From the NCBI GenBank assembly GCA_031459385.1, contig JAVKIP010000002.1, positions 190,091-254,090 of the forward strand: a DNA stretch of 64,000 bases. Reading direction: 5' to 3'. Shown one piece after another: positions 28,310 to 38,543 of the stretch. The position numbers and the translations under genes are program-made. Under the pieces are notes generated by a model that worked only from the letters and a program-made list of their open reading frames with translations, did not search any database and was not told the origin of the DNA. The DNA is from Candidatus Fervidifonticultor secundus (GTDB taxonomy: Bacteria; Sysuimicrobiota; Sysuimicrobiia; Sysuimicrobiales; Humicultoraceae). The stretch's first letter is position 1, and the number at the start of each line of letters is the position of its first letter.

Positions 28310-28323
28310 TGCTCCGGCCTCCC

Positions 28324-28836
28324 TCAGCCGGCGGGCCGCCGCCCTGCGGGCGTTCCCGGCGGGACGGGGTCGCCGGGCGGCTTGAACCGCTCGACGGGGT
28401 TGCGGCAGTCGCGGCAGTAGTACACGGCCCTGCACAGCGTCGGTCCGAACGGGTTCTCCAGGACGACGTTGGCCGACCCGCAGTAGGGACACGCCGCCGG
28501 CTCAGTCAGCGTCTCCCGCGGCACGCTGAGGCCATGGGTGTGGAGCCGCGCGCGTGCCGCCGGCGTCATCCGGTCCAGTGTCCATGGGACGTCGTAGCAG
28601 AACGCGACGTCGGCAGCCGCCACGCCCGAGAGCGCCAGCACCCGGGTGCGGACCCGCTCACGGATGACGTCCAGCGCCGGGCACCCGGTGTACGTGGGCA
28701 CCAGCCGCACACGCACCGTCCCGTCCCGGATCTCGATGGTGTGGACCAGCCCCAGGTCGGTGATCGCCACGGGGAGCTCGGGATCCTCGACGGTGGCCAA
28801 CACGCGCCACACCTCGTCGCGGGTCACGTCGGCCAT
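28324..28836 (-). CDS. paaD: Phenylacetyl-CoA epoxidase subunit D
   Basis: V.DPELP..ITDLG, PTYTGCPA, CPYCGS and FGPTLCRAVYYCRDCRNP. Confidence 0.9.
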   Translation of the reverse strand: MADVTRDEVWRVLATVEDPELPVAITDLGLVHTIEIRDGTVRVRLVPTYTGCPALDVIRERVRTRVLALSGVAAADVAFCYDVPWTLDRMTPAARARLHTHGLSVPRETLTEPAACPYCGSANVVLENPFGPTLCRAVYYCRDCRNPVERFKPPGDPVPPGTPAGRRPAG

Positions 28837-28840
28837 GCGT

Positions 28841-29641
28841 TCACCACCGTGCGGTAGGGTCGGTGCGCCATACCGACGTCATCTCGTGCAGCAGCGCACG
28901 CAACGCGGGCGTGTGGTGCCCCCTTCGGCCCCCTGTCGCGGCGTCCGACGGGGACGCGCCCAGCCCCAGCGCGTCCAGGCGCGGCCGGACCTCGGCCTCA
29001 AACCGGCCGCGCTGCGCCGCGGGTGCGGCGGGCAGCAGGCCCTCGGCGACGAGCCGGGTCTGCTCCGGCGTGTCCTCGAAGAGGCCGAGCGCGCCGGGCC
29101 AGGCCGCATCCAGCGCGGCCTGCACCCGGCTGTGCGCGTCGTCCCCGGCGCGGGTCAGCCGGACCAGCCAGGCCTCGCTGAACAACAGGTGATACTTCTC
29201 CTCCCGCTGCAGCGCCCGTGCCAGCGCCGCGAACGGCCCCAGGGGTGCTGCCGCCAAGTCGGCCAGCCGGATGGCATCGGCGCGATCATACAACCAGGCG
29301 CGCACGATCGTGAACCCCCAGTCGCCGTTGGGGTGCTCGGTCAGCACCGCGTTCCGAAACGCCTCGGGCCCGCGGTCGAACGCCAGCACGTCCGGCGTGC
29401 TCCCCGTCGCGGCGGCCACCTGCTCGTAGAAGACGCGGGCGTGCCCGAGTTCCTCCTGGGCGATCGACGAAAGGGCGACGTCGGACTCGATGTCCGGCGC
29501 GAACCCGGTCCACTCGGAGTGTCGGTGGCCCAGGACCAGTTCGTCATCGGCCCAGGCCAGCAGCACCGCGCTCAGCGCAGCCCGGATCGCGTCGTCGCGC
29601 ACCGCCGCCGGAGCCTCAGGCGTTTCCCACAACCCGGTCAT
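28841..29641 (-). CDS. paaC: Phenylacetyl-CoA epoxidase subunit C
   Basis: ADDELVLGHRHSEW, EELGHAR, PNGDW and EEKYH. Confidence 0.92.
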   Translation of the reverse strand: MTGLWETPEAPAAVRDDAIRAALSAVLLAWADDELVLGHRHSEWTGFAPDIESDVALSSIAQEELGHARVFYEQVAAATGSTPDVLAFDRGPEAFRNAVLTEHPNGDWGFTIVRAWLYDRADAIRLADLAAAPLGPFAALARALQREEKYHLLFSEAWLVRLTRAGDDAHSRVQAALDAAWPGALGLFEDTPEQTRLVAEGLLPAAPAAQRGRFEAEVRPRLDALGLGASPSDAATGGRRGHHTPALRALLHEMTSVWRTDPTARW

Positions 29642-29940
29642 CGCCGGCGGTAGACGCGCTGCTGCTCCCGGTACGATCCGCCGAAGCGGTAGCTCTTGTC
29701 GGTGGCAGGGGCGAAGAGGTCGGCATCCTCGTAGCGCGTGGCCGTGATGTCCGTGTAGCGCACGACCCAGAGGTTCACGCAGGGGTCGCGGCGGGCGAAC
29801 TGTTCCTTGGCCACCACCAGCGCCATCTCCGGATCGGGCGCGTGGACGTCGCCCACGTGGACGTGCGGGTCGCTCTTGGAGTCCTGGCGAAAGACGGCGA
29901 AGACAAACGCAGCTTCCGGGACCAGGTCGCCCAGGTTCAC
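29638..29940 (-). CDS. paaB: Phenylacetyl-CoA epoxidase subunit B
   Basis: HVHVGDVHAPDPEMAL..A...FARR..VNLWVV and DKSYR. Confidence 0.88.
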   Translation of the reverse strand: MNLGDLVPEAAFVFAVFRQDSKSDPHVHVGDVHAPDPEMALVVAKEQFARRDPCVNLWVVRYTDITATRYEDADLFAPATDKSYRFGGSYREQQRVYRRR

Positions 29941-29947
29941 AGCGCGC

Positions 29948-30895
29948 CTACGCGGCCGCCGCCCACCGTCCCACCGCCTCGCGCACCCACTGGTGCTGCG
30001 CGTGGTAGCGGTTGCGCAGGGCAAGCCTCTCCCGGGTCCGGGGCCCCTCGCCCCGCAGGATACGCCGGAACTCCTCCCAGTCGGGCTCGGTGTAGACATA
30101 CTGGCCGGTGGCCTCGTCCCACCGGAGACCGGGGTCGGGCACGCGCAGCCCGTACTCCTGAATGAGCGGCACGAACTGCCGGAGGAACTGCTGGCGCAGC
30201 TCGTCGTTGGTCTTGACCTTGATACGCCAGCGCATCATCTGGTCGAGGTGCGGCGACGCCTGGTCCCGGGGCCCGAAGAAGTGCATCAGCGGCGTCCACC
30301 ACCGGTCCAGCGCGTCCTGCACCATGGCCCGCTGCGCCGGCGTGCCCTCGGCCAGGGCCTTGAAGCCATCGATCCCCAGCCGGATGTGGAAGTCCTCCTC
30401 GTAGCAGATCCGGCGCAGCACCCGCGCGTACGGTGCGTAGGAGCAGGCCCGCAGCGCCCCTTGCGTCTGCATCGCCGCCCCGTCCACGAAGACCTGGATG
30501 ACGACCACGTCGGCCCAGGTCTCGGCCGGATAGTGGAAGACGTTGTGAAACTTCGCCCGGCCTGCCAGCAGGTCGTCGATCATGGCCGCGCGGGGTCGAC
30601 CCAGGTCCTCGGCAACCCGGTAGAGGAGCTGCGCGTGCCCGATCTCATCCTGGACCTTGGCGACCAGGGCCATCTTCCTGGCCAGGGTCGGAGCCCGAGG
30701 GATCCACTCCCGCTCCGGGAGGGCGCCCATCAGCTCGGAGTTGGCGTGCATCTGGATCAGGCGGAGGCACTCGGCGCGGTACCGGGCCGGCATCCACTCG
30801 CCCGCTTCCACCCGGTCGCCGGCGGCGATGCGTGCCTCGAACGCGGCCAGCCGCTCGGGGTCGTCCTCGTGGCCTGTCGGGGGAAATTCCACCAC
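29948..30895 (-). CDS. paaA: Phenylacetyl-CoA epoxidase subunit A (di-iron)
   Basis: HANSELMG, AKVQDEIGH, KFHNVFHYP, EEDFH and TNDELRQ. RBS GGAGGTG. Confidence 0.94.
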   Translation of the reverse strand: MVEFPPTGHEDDPERLAAFEARIAAGDRVEAGEWMPARYRAECLRLIQMHANSELMGALPEREWIPRAPTLARKMALVAKVQDEIGHAQLLYRVAEDLGRPRAAMIDDLLAGRAKFHNVFHYPAETWADVVVIQVFVDGAAMQTQGALRACSYAPYARVLRRICYEEDFHIRLGIDGFKALAEGTPAQRAMVQDALDRWWTPLMHFFGPRDQASPHLDQMMRWRIKVKTNDELRQQFLRQFVPLIQEYGLRVPDPGLRWDEATGQYVYTEPDWEEFRRILRGEGPRTRERLALRNRYHAQHQWVREAVGRWAAAA

Positions 30896-30925
30896 TCGAT
30901 CACCTCCGCGGCCGGATCGCCCTTC

Positions 30926-30955
30926 ATTGTAGGTGTCGCGCGACGAGGCCGTCAA
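30926..30955 (-). promoter_or_regulatory. SigA promoter for paaABCD
   Basis: TTGACG-N18-TACAAT; the spacer contains the palindrome GTCGCGCGAC. Confidence 0.65.
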
Positions 30956-31440
30956 CGTAACCGCGCCCCCAGGGCAGCGCGCAGCCGGTCGTAGGTGTCC
31001 TCCAGGTGCTGGGGGAGCACCTTCGTCGCGGCCACGACCGGCATGAAGTTCGTATCCCCCACCCACCGCGGCACCACATGCAGGTGGAGGTGGTCCTCGA
31101 TCCCCGCCCCGGCGGCCCGCCCCAGGTTCAGGCCGACGTTGAACCCCTGCGGCGCCAGGGCCGCCTCCAGCGCGCCTATCGCCAGGGCAGTCACGCGCAC
31201 CACCGCGGCCGCCTCCTCGGCGGACAGGGCGTCCAGCCGGGCCGTGTGGCGGTACGGAACCACCATGACATGCCCGCTGTTGTACGGAAACTGGTTGAGC
31301 ATCACGAACGCATGGACGTCACGGTGGACGATGAGGCGGCTGCGATCGTCGGCGGCCGCCAGCGCCTCGCAGAAGATGCAGACGTCCGGCTTCGGTGCCG
31401 TGACGTAGGTGCCACGCCACGGTGCCCACAGCACGTTCAT
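30952..31440 (-). CDS. HIT-family protein (Ap4A phosphorylase-like)
   Basis: [20 protein letters not shown] and [14 protein letters not shown]. Confidence 0.9.
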   Translation of the reverse strand: MNVLWAPWRGTYVTAPKPDVCIFCEALAAADDRSRLIVHRDVHAFVMLNQFPYNSGHVMVVPYRHTARLDALSAEEAAAVVRVTALAIGALEAALAPQGFNVGLNLGRAAGAGIEDHLHLHVVPRWVGDTNFMPVVAATKVLPQHLEDTYDRLRAALGARLR

Positions 31441-32198
31441 GACGCGCCACGGTCAGTCCGGGCAAGCGCCTGGGCCGCCGCGGCCTGTTCGGCTTCTTTC
31501 TTGCTGCGGCCGCGCCCCTCGCCGAGGACTTTGCCGCCCGCTTCGACCACCGCCACGAAGACGCGGGCGTGGTTGGGGCCTTCCTCCTGCGCGATGCGAT
31601 ATCGGGGCATCTGCCCGCGGCGCTGCAGGCGTTCCTGGAGCTGGCTCTTGAAGTCCTGGCCTGCGCGCTGCATCTCCTCCGAAAGCTCGGCGATCCACCG
31701 CGAGACCACCGCGTGCGCCACGCCGTAGCCGGAGTCCATGTAGATCGCTCCGATCACGGCCTCCACGGCGTCGGCCAGCAGCGCCGGCCGCTGGCGCCCC
31801 CCGCCTTTCTCCTCTCCCTTGCCCAGCAGGACGTAGCGCGCCAGGCCCAGCCGGCGGGCGATGGATGCCAGTGCGGCCTCGTTCACCAGACGCGCCCGCT
31901 GCTTGGCCAACCCGCCTTCGTCCACATCCGGGTGGCGGCGGTAGAGCTCGTCGCTCACGACCAGACTCAACACGGCGTCGCCCAGGAACTCCAGGCGCTC
32001 GTAGCTCTTAAGCGGGAAGCCGTGCTCGTGGCTGAACGATCCGTGGCGCAGCGCCAGGTCCAGTAGTGACCGGTCGCGGAACCTGACGCCCAGCCGCTCC
32101 TCGAGCTGGGCGAGTTGCGCGAGCCGTTCCTGCGAGAGCACCTCGCCGACGGCGCCGGTCTCGTCAGGTTTGCCGGCACCGCGCAGGGGCCTAACCAT
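31437..32198 (-). CDS. rnc: Ribonuclease III
   Basis: [21 protein letters not shown] and dsRBD with [15 protein letters not shown]. Confidence 0.96.
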   Translation of the reverse strand: MVRPLRGAGKPDETGAVGEVLSQERLAQLAQLEERLGVRFRDRSLLDLALRHGSFSHEHGFPLKSYERLEFLGDAVLSLVVSDELYRRHPDVDEGGLAKQRARLVNEAALASIARRLGLARYVLLGKGEEKGGGRQRPALLADAVEAVIGAIYMDSGYGVAHAVVSRWIAELSEEMQRAGQDFKSQLQERLQRRGQMPRYRIAQEEGPNHARVFVAVVEAGGKVLGEGRGRSKKEAEQAAAAQALARTDRGAS

Positions 32199-33429
32199 GG
32201 GCGCGCAGCACCAGCGTGGCGTTGTGGCCGCCGAACCCGAAGGCGTTGGACATGGCGGCGCGCAGGCGCGCCGGACGCGCGGCGTTGGGGACGTAGTCCA
32301 GATCGCAGTCGGGATCGGGCATGTGGTAGTTGATGGTCGGCGGGATCACCTGGTGGCGCAGCGCCAGGCAGCAGGCGATGGCCTCGACGCCGCCCGCGGC
32401 GCCCAGCAGGTGCCCGGTCATCGACTTGGTGGAGCTGACTGCCAGGCGCCGGGCGTGCGCGCCGAAGGCGCGCTTGATGGCCAGCGTCTCGAGCCGGTCG
32501 TTGTAGAGGGTGCTGGTGCCGTGAGCGTTGATGTAGTCGACCTCCTCAGGGGCCAGCCCGGCATCTCGCAGCGCCCCCAGCATGGCCCGGGACGCGCCGT
32601 CCCCCTCGGGATCGGGCTGGGTGATGTGATGGGCATCGGTGCTGGTGCCGTACCCGAGCAGTTCGGCATAGATGGGGGCGCCGCGCATCTCGGCCGCCTC
32701 CAGCGCCTCGAGGAGGACCACACCCGCTCCCTCGCCCATGACGAACCCGTCCCGGGTGGCGTCGAACGGCCGCGACGCGCGCGGGGGATCGTCGTTGCGG
32801 GTCGAGGTGGCCTTCATCGCCGCGAATCCCGCTAGCGAGAGGGGCGTGATCGCCGCCTCGGACCCGCCGGCCAGCATCGCGTCGGCCTCCCCGCGCTGGA
32901 TCACGCGCGCCGCGTCGCCTATGGCGTTTCCGCCCGTGGCGCACGCGGTCACGACGCACTCGCTGGGCCCCTTGGCCCCCACGAGGATGGCGGTCACGCC
33001 GCTGGCCATGTTGCCGATGACCATGGGCACGAAGAACGGCGAGACGCGGTCCGGGCCGCGTTCTAGCAGCGCGCGATGCTGGGCTTCCCACGTGATCACG
33101 CCGCCCATGCCCGACCCGATCACGACGCCCACCCGGGTGGCGTTGGCGGGCGTGATGGTGAAGCGCGCATCCTCCAGCGCCAGACGGGCCGCGGCATAGG
33201 CGAACTGGACGAAGCGGTCGTTGCGTCGCGCTTCCTTCCGGTCCATGTAGGCCGTCGGGTCGAAGTCGGAGACCTCGGCCGCGATCTGGGTGGCAAACGG
33301 CGACGGGTCGAAGGCGGTGATGCGCCGGATGCCCGACCGCCCGGCCACGAGCGCCGCCCAGAAGGCCTCGTGCCCGATCCCAATGGGGCTGATGACGCCC
33401 AGACCGGTCACGACGACCCGCCGACGCAT
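32191..33429 (-). CDS. fabF: Beta-ketoacyl-ACP synthase II
   Basis: [28 protein letters not shown] and NAFGFGGHN. Confidence 0.96.
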   Translation of the reverse strand: MRRRVVVTGLGVISPIGIGHEAFWAALVAGRSGIRRITAFDPSPFATQIAAEVSDFDPTAYMDRKEARRNDRFVQFAYAAARLALEDARFTITPANATRVGVVIGSGMGGVITWEAQHRALLERGPDRVSPFFVPMVIGNMASGVTAILVGAKGPSECVVTACATGGNAIGDAARVIQRGEADAMLAGGSEAAITPLSLAGFAAMKATSTRNDDPPRASRPFDATRDGFVMGEGAGVVLLEALEAAEMRGAPIYAELLGYGTSTDAHHITQPDPEGDGASRAMLGALRDAGLAPEEVDYINAHGTSTLYNDRLETLAIKRAFGAHARRLAVSSTKSMTGHLLGAAGGVEAIACCLALRHQVIPPTINYHMPDPDCDLDYVPNAARPARLRAAMSNAFGFGGHNATLVLRAHG

Positions 33430-33448
33430 GGCGTCCTCCGCGCCTCGA

Positions 33449-33697
33449 CTACTGCGCCTGGTCCTTCATGTGCGTCTCGATGTACTTCACGGCGTCCCCG
33501 ACCGTCACGATCTTCTCGGCCTGGTCGTCGGGAATTTCGATCTCGAACTCCTCCTCGAGGGCCATCACCAGCTCCACGACGTCCAGCGAGTCCGCCCCCA
33601 GGTCCTCCACGAACGAGGAGTCCCGGGTGATGGTCTCTTCCTCCACGCCGAGCTGGTGCGCCACCCGTGCGCGGACGCGTTCGAACACCGACGCCAT
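33449..33697 (-). CDS. acpP: Acyl carrier protein
   Basis: [20 protein letters not shown]. Confidence 0.96.
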   Translation of the reverse strand: MASVFERVRARVAHQLGVEEETITRDSSFVEDLGADSLDVVELVMALEEEFEIEIPDDQAEKIVTVGDAVKYIETHMKDQAQ

Positions 33698-33747
33698 CGT
33701 CCCGATCACCTCCACAGCGGCTTGGGCTGCTGGGCGCCCAACCTGGA

Positions 33748-34497
33748 TCAATGCATGATCATACCACCGTCGACGTTCAGGACCTGTCCGGTGATGTACG
33801 CGGCGGCGTCCGAGGCCAGGAAGACTACGGCGGCGGCCACCTCCTCCGGCGTCCCGGCCCGGCCCAGCGGGATCTGCTGGAGATAGCGCGCCGTCACCTC
33901 GGGCGGCAGCCGTTCGGTCATGCCGGCCGCGATGTACCCGGGGGCCACGGCGTTGACGGTGATGCCCCGGGATCCCACCTCGCGCGCCACTGCACGGGTC
34001 AGCCCGATGATCCCAGCCTTGGCCGCCACATAGTTCGCCTGCCCGGCGTTCCCGGCCTGCCCCGCGGTCGACGCGACGTTGATGATCCGTCCGCTGCGCT
34101 GCCGGATGAACTCCCGGAGCGCCGCACGGATACAGTAGAAGGCGCCCGAGAGATTGGTCGCCAGCACCTGCTGCCAGTCCTCATCCTTCATCCGCAGGAT
34201 GAGGCCGTCGCGGGTCAGCCCGGCGTTGTTCACCAGGATGTCGAGACGCCCGAACGTCTCGGTCGCGGCAGCCACCACCGCCGCAGCCTGCTCGGGGTGC
34301 GCCAGGTCTGCGGCGACGGCCCGGGCCCGGCCTCCCAGCGAGGTGATCTCCTCCACCACTGCACCGGCGGCCTCCCGCCGGTGCGCGTAGTGGACGACCA
34401 CCGCCGCGCCCTCCCGGGCCAGCGCCACGGCCACGCGGCTGCCGATGCCGCCGGACGCGCCCGTGACGACCGCGGCGCGCCCGTCGAGCAGCGCCAT
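33748..34497 (-). CDS. fabG: 3-oxoacyl-ACP reductase
   Basis: [24 protein letters not shown] and VDGGM. Confidence 0.95.
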   Translation of the reverse strand: MALLDGRAAVVTGASGGIGSRVAVALAREGAAVVVHYAHRREAAGAVVEEITSLGGRARAVAADLAHPEQAAAVVAAATETFGRLDILVNNAGLTRDGLILRMKDEDWQQVLATNLSGAFYCIRAALREFIRQRSGRIINVASTAGQAGNAGQANYVAAKAGIIGLTRAVAREVGSRGITVNAVAPGYIAAGMTERLPPEVTARYLQQIPLGRAGTPEEVAAAVVFLASDAAAYITGQVLNVDGGMIMH

Positions 34498-34504
34498 CGC
34501 CGTG

Positions 34505-35449
34505 CTACCTCCGCGCGTCGCCCACCGGGCCGGCGAGGGCCGCGCGCGCGGCCTCCAGGTCCGCCGGCGTCTGGACCGAGAGGACCTGCACACCCGGCAG
34601 CGTCCGGCGGATCAGGCCTGCCAGGGTCGTCCCGGGCCCGGCCTCGACGAACGTGGTGGCGCCGAGCGCGTGCAGCCGCCGCACGCACTGCTCCCAGCGC
34701 ACCGGGCTCGCGATCTGGGCGATGAGGAGCCGGCGGATGGTGGCAGCCTCGCGGACCGGCTCGGCGGTCGCGTTGGCCACAACGGGGATGGCCGCATCGC
34801 GCAGCGGCACGGCGGCCAGCACCGGCGCCAGCCGGTCGGCCGCGGCCTGCATCAGCGAGGTGTGGAACGGCGCGCTGACTGCCAGGGGCACGGCACGGCG
34901 GGCGCCCCGCAGCTTCAGGCGCGCACACGCGGCCTCCACGGCCGCACGGTCGCCCGCGATCACCACCTGTCCGGGGGCGTTGATGTTGGCGAGTTCCACG
35001 AGGCTGCCGGCCTCGCGGCAGACCTCCTCCACCGCGCTGGCCTCCAGCCCCAGCACCGCGGCCATCGCGGTGGGCCGCCCGGTCACCGCGTCCTGCATGT
35101 AGCGCCCGCGTATCCGCACCACCCGCACCGCATCGGCCAGGTCCAGCGCCCTCGCAGCGACCAGCGCGGTGTATTCGCCCAAGCTGAGCCCTGCCGCGCA
35201 CTGCGGGGCGATCCCGTGCGCGATGACGACCGTGGCGATGGCCCAGCTGCAGGTCAGCAGCGCTGGCTGCGTGTGTTCCGTCTCGCGCAGCACCTCCTCG
35301 GGGCCGTCGCGGCACAGCGCCAGGAGATCCAGGTCGAGGGCGGCGCTGGCCTCGTCGAACACGCGGCGCGCCTGCGGGAACTGCTCGGCCATGGCGACGC
35401 CCATGCCAACATGCTGGGCGCCTTGCCCGGGGAAGACAAAGGCGATCAT
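34505..35449 (-). CDS. fabD: Malonyl-CoA:ACP transacylase
   Basis: FPGQGAQ, TQPA, GLSLGEY, VSAPFHT and SPVRW. Confidence 0.95.
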   Translation of the reverse strand: MIAFVFPGQGAQHVGMGVAMAEQFPQARRVFDEASAALDLDLLALCRDGPEEVLRETEHTQPALLTCSWAIATVVIAHGIAPQCAAGLSLGEYTALVAARALDLADAVRVVRIRGRYMQDAVTGRPTAMAAVLGLEASAVEEVCREAGSLVELANINAPGQVVIAGDRAAVEAACARLKLRGARRAVPLAVSAPFHTSLMQAAADRLAPVLAAVPLRDAAIPVVANATAEPVREAATIRRLLIAQIASPVRWEQCVRRLHALGATTFVEAGPGTTLAGLIRRTLPGVQVLSVQTPADLEAARAALAGPVGDARR

Positions 35450-36516
35450 GGCGCCGGGCGCCGCCCCACTTTGGTCCCTGCCGTCCAGCGCATCGCCGCT
35501 GCACCCCACGTGAGCCCGCCGCCGAAGGCCACGAACGCCACCAGGTCGCCCGGGCGTACACGCCCCTGCTCTACCGCTTCGTAGAGTGCCACCGGGACCG
35601 ATGCGGCCGAGGTGTTCCCGTAGCGGTCCACGTTGACGAAGAACTTGTCCATGGGCTGACCGAGGCGGCGGGCAGCCGCCTCGATGATGCGCAGGTTGGC
35701 CTGGTGGGGGATGAAGCAGTCCACCTCGTCCACGGTGAATCCGGCCTGGGCCACAACCTGCTCGATCGCCCGCGGGATGGCCCGCACGGCGAACTTGTAC
35801 ACTTCCCGACCGTTCATCTTAATGAAGTGCTCCCGTGCGGCCACGGTCTCCACGCTGGCGGGGAGGCGCGAGCCACCGCCGGGCAGCGCGATGAGCTGGG
35901 CCCCGGCGCCGTCGGCGCCCAGGTGAAACGCGAGGAATCCCTGGTCCGCGGCGCACGGCCGCAGCACCGCCGCGGCTGCGGCGTCGCCGAACAGCACGCA
36001 CGTGGCCCGATCGGTCCAGTCGGTGATGCGCGACAGGGTCTCGGCGCCGATCACCAGCACGGTCTCGGCCATCCCGCAGGCGATGGCCGCGTGCCCCATG
36101 GCCGCCGCGTAGGCCCAGCTGCTACACGCCGCCGAGACGTCGAACGCCCCTGCTCGCGTGGCGCCCAGGCGGTGCTGCACCAGGCAGGCCGTGGCGGGAA
36201 ACAACATGTCGGGGGAGGCGGTGCCCACCAGGATCAGATCCACGTCGCGCGCGTCGATGCCCGCGTCCTGCAGGGCGTCTTTGGCAGCCTCGACAGCCAG
36301 GTCAGAGGTGGCCACCCCGTCGGGGGCGACGCGGCGTTCCCGAATCCCAGTGCGCTCGACGATCCATGCGTCGCTGGTGTCGACCAGCCGTTCCAGCTCG
36401 CGGTTGCCCACCACCCGCGGGGGAATGCTCCGCCCCATGCCCGCGATGGTGGCCCCCCGCCGCGTCGCTGGCCGCGCGGTCGTCTGTACCCGCGGGACGG
36501 GATGCACCGTGCTCAT
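35446..36516 (-). CDS. fabH: Beta-ketoacyl-ACP synthase III
   Basis: ERTGIRERR, SAACS, PHQAN, YGNTSAAS and FGGGLTWG. Confidence 0.95.
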   Translation of the reverse strand: MSTVHPVPRVQTTARPATRRGATIAGMGRSIPPRVVGNRELERLVDTSDAWIVERTGIRERRVAPDGVATSDLAVEAAKDALQDAGIDARDVDLILVGTASPDMLFPATACLVQHRLGATRAGAFDVSAACSSWAYAAAMGHAAIACGMAETVLVIGAETLSRITDWTDRATCVLFGDAAAAAVLRPCAADQGFLAFHLGADGAGAQLIALPGGGSRLPASVETVAAREHFIKMNGREVYKFAVRAIPRAIEQVVAQAGFTVDEVDCFIPHQANLRIIEAAARRLGQPMDKFFVNVDRYGNTSAASVPVALYEAVEQGRVRPGDLVAFVAFGGGLTWGAAAMRWTAGTKVGRRPAP

Positions 36517-36689
36517 CGCAGACCTCCTGCGGTCCTGGAGCTGAGGGGCACCGGCCGGCCGGCTGTCTCCCCTCGCCCGGGCTGTGGTTCCCGGGGAGCG
36601 GCCGCGGCGCCCTTGGCGACGGCCCCGGGCGCGTGGTCACCGCCCATCGCATCCACCGCCACCCGGATGCGGGGTGGCGCGGCCACCCG

Positions 36690-36899
36690 TTACGCTTCCT
36701 TCCTCTTTTTGGAGCCCTTGGGACGCGCGCGCTCGACGATCACCTCCCGCCCCGCGTAGGTGCCGCACGACGGGCACACGCGATGCGGGAGGATGCGAGC
36801 CTTGCACTGCGGGCAGGTGATCAGCGTGATGGGCGAGAGCTTCCAGCGGCTGCGCCGGTGTCCGGTCCAGGAGTGGGGATGTCGTCGTTTCTGCGCCAC
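36690..36899 (-). CDS. rpmF: 50S ribosomal protein L32 (Zn-ribbon type)
   Basis: CPQC..PHRVCPSCGTY.GREV; lies between DUF177 and fabH. Confidence 0.9.
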   Translation of the reverse strand: MAQKRRHPHSWTGHRRSRWKLSPITLITCPQCKARILPHRVCPSCGTYAGREVIVERARPKGSKKRKEA

Positions 36900-36933
36900 G
36901 GGGTGCCTCCTCTACGTCGGTCGCCACCCTGAC

Positions 36934-37446
36934 TTAGCCCAGTATGCCGGCGTCCCCGTCGAGGAGGACGCGCAGCCGCGCCAGCGGGTGCAGGCGCCGG
37001 TCCTCCGGGTCATCCGGGCACCGGCAGCGACCGCCGCGCCGGTCGGCACCGCACCGCTCGCAGATGCCCTCGCAGGCCTCGTCGCAGTGGGCGACCATGG
37101 GCAGCGCCAGCACCAGTTCCTCGCGGGCTAGACCCGAGAGGTCCAGCCCGAGGGTGCCCCCCGCGACGACGAGCACCGGGTCGTCCTCCGCCCACGCCAG
37201 CTCCTCGTCCACATCGGCCACCAGCGCGAGGGAAAACGGTCGCGCGCAGCGATCGCACTGGAGTTCCACCTGCGTCCGCACCCATCCGGACACCTTCAGC
37301 ACGGCTCCCAGGTTGGTCAACGTGAACTCGCCGTCCACCGGGCCCGTGAACGGAGCCTCGGCGATCTGACTGGCGATCGTCTCGTGGTAGGTCACCACGA
37401 GCGCAGCGCCCTGCTCGGCACGGAGCTGCTGCAGATCCACGATCAT
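36934..37446 (-). CDS. DUF177/YceD-family protein
   Basis: CDRC, LALPM..C...CEGICERCG; directly upstream of rpmF. Confidence 0.9.
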   Translation of the reverse strand: MIVDLQQLRAEQGAALVVTYHETIASQIAEAPFTGPVDGEFTLTNLGAVLKVSGWVRTQVELQCDRCARPFSLALVADVDEELAWAEDDPVLVVAGGTLGLDLSGLAREELVLALPMVAHCDEACEGICERCGADRRGGRCRCPDDPEDRRLHPLARLRVLLDGDAGILG

Positions 37447-37474
37447 GACGCCAAGGCCTCCACCAAGCTGTCCC

Positions 37475-37504
37475 ATTATAGGGATCGGGTTTTTCCAGTG
37501 TCAA
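37475..37504 (-). promoter_or_regulatory. Consensus SigA promoter for DUF177-rpmF-fab
   Basis: TTGACA-N18-TATAAT. Confidence 0.85.
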
Positions 37505-37944
37505 CGAACCCGTCTGGGCGTGCGCAGCACCTCCTGACCACGGCGGATCGCCGCCAGTACGCGCTCGACTTCGGCTTCCAGCCGCTGCAGCACATCAGCC
37601 GCGTACTCGTCGGCGCCGCGACGAATGCGGTCGGCCTCGCGCCGTGCGGCGTCGATGCTCCCCGGCACGCCGGGCGTCCCGGCGCCTTCGGCCGTCGCGC
37701 GTGCCCGCGCCTGCGCGTCGAGAATCAGCCGGCGCGCCTCTTCCCGCGCATGGGCCAGGGCCGCCTCCGCCTCGGCCTGCAGTGCCGCGGCGCGCCGGAG
37801 CTCCTCTGGGAGCGCTGCCCGGGCCATCTTCAGCAGCCCGACGACCTCCTGCTCGACGGCTTGGCGCGCGTCAGCCGGCAGGCGTGCCAGGTGGCGCCGC
37901 AACACCCGCTCGGCACGATCGAGGATCTCCAGCGCAGACTCCAC
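37501..37944 (-). CDS. Coiled-coil protein (SepIVA/DivIVA-like, found after coaD)
   Basis: ALPEELRRA..A.EEA..ADEYA..VL..LE pattern; lies between coaD and DUF177. Confidence 0.65.
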   Translation of the reverse strand: MESALEILDRAERVLRRHLARLPADARQAVEQEVVGLLKMARAALPEELRRAAALQAEAEAALAHAREEARRLILDAQARARATAEGAGTPGVPGSIDAARREADRIRRGADEYAADVLQRLEAEVERVLAAIRRGQEVLRTPRRVR

Positions 37945-38042
37945 GTCGCGACTCCCCTGCCCGGCTCCGCTCGCCTCCCGGCCATCGCTGCCGGGCCGTC
38001 AGCCCCGGGCCTCCCGGGGCGAGCCTGCCCGCAACCGCGAGC

Positions 38043-38528
38043 CTAGCCGCCCGCGAACTTGGCCCGCAAGCGCCGGGTCACGTTGTCGGGCACGATACTG
38101 TCCACGTTGCCGCCGAGGCTGGCCACTTCGCGGATCAGGGAGGAGGAGACAAACGCGTACTCCGGGTCCGCGATCAGCAGCAGCGTGTCCAGCGATGGCG
38201 CCAGCCGGCGGTTCATGGCCGACTGTTTCAACTCGTAGTCGAGGTCGCCCACGGCGCGCAGCCCCTTGATCAGGCACGTCGCTCCCCGCGCCAGAGCGAA
38301 CTCCACGGTGAGCCCGCTGTACGCGGCGACATCCACTGCCGGGAGATCGGCGACGCACTCGCGCAGCATCTCCACGCGCTCGGCGACGGTGAAGACGCCG
38401 CGCCCCTTCTCGACGTTCTCGGCCACGGCGACGATCACCCGGTCGAACAGGCGCGTAGCCCGCCGGATGACGTGGATGTGTCCGTTGTGCACGGGATCGA
38501 AGCTGCCCGGATAGACTGCGATGTGCAC
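38043..38528 (-). CDS. coaD: Pantetheine-phosphate adenylyltransferase
   Basis: YPGSFDPVHNGH, KGLRAVGD.DYE and VSSS. Confidence 0.96.
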   Translation of the reverse strand: MHIAVYPGSFDPVHNGHIHVIRRATRLFDRVIVAVAENVEKGRGVFTVAERVEMLRECVADLPAVDVAAYSGLTVEFALARGATCLIKGLRAVGDLDYELKQSAMNRRLAPSLDTLLLIADPEYAFVSSSLIREVASLGGNVDSIVPDNVTRRLRAKFAGG

Positions 38529-38543
38529 GGTGCTCCTCCCCGG

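Noticed and set aside
30935..30944. Palindrome GTCGCGCGAC in the paa promoter spacer as an operator
   Set aside because: A 10-bp GC-rich palindrome is expected by chance at this GC content, and no regulator gene is adjacent.
35170..35195. FabD active site GLSLG instead of GHSLG
   Set aside because: A common variant in Firmicutes-type FabD; the catalytic Ser is retained.
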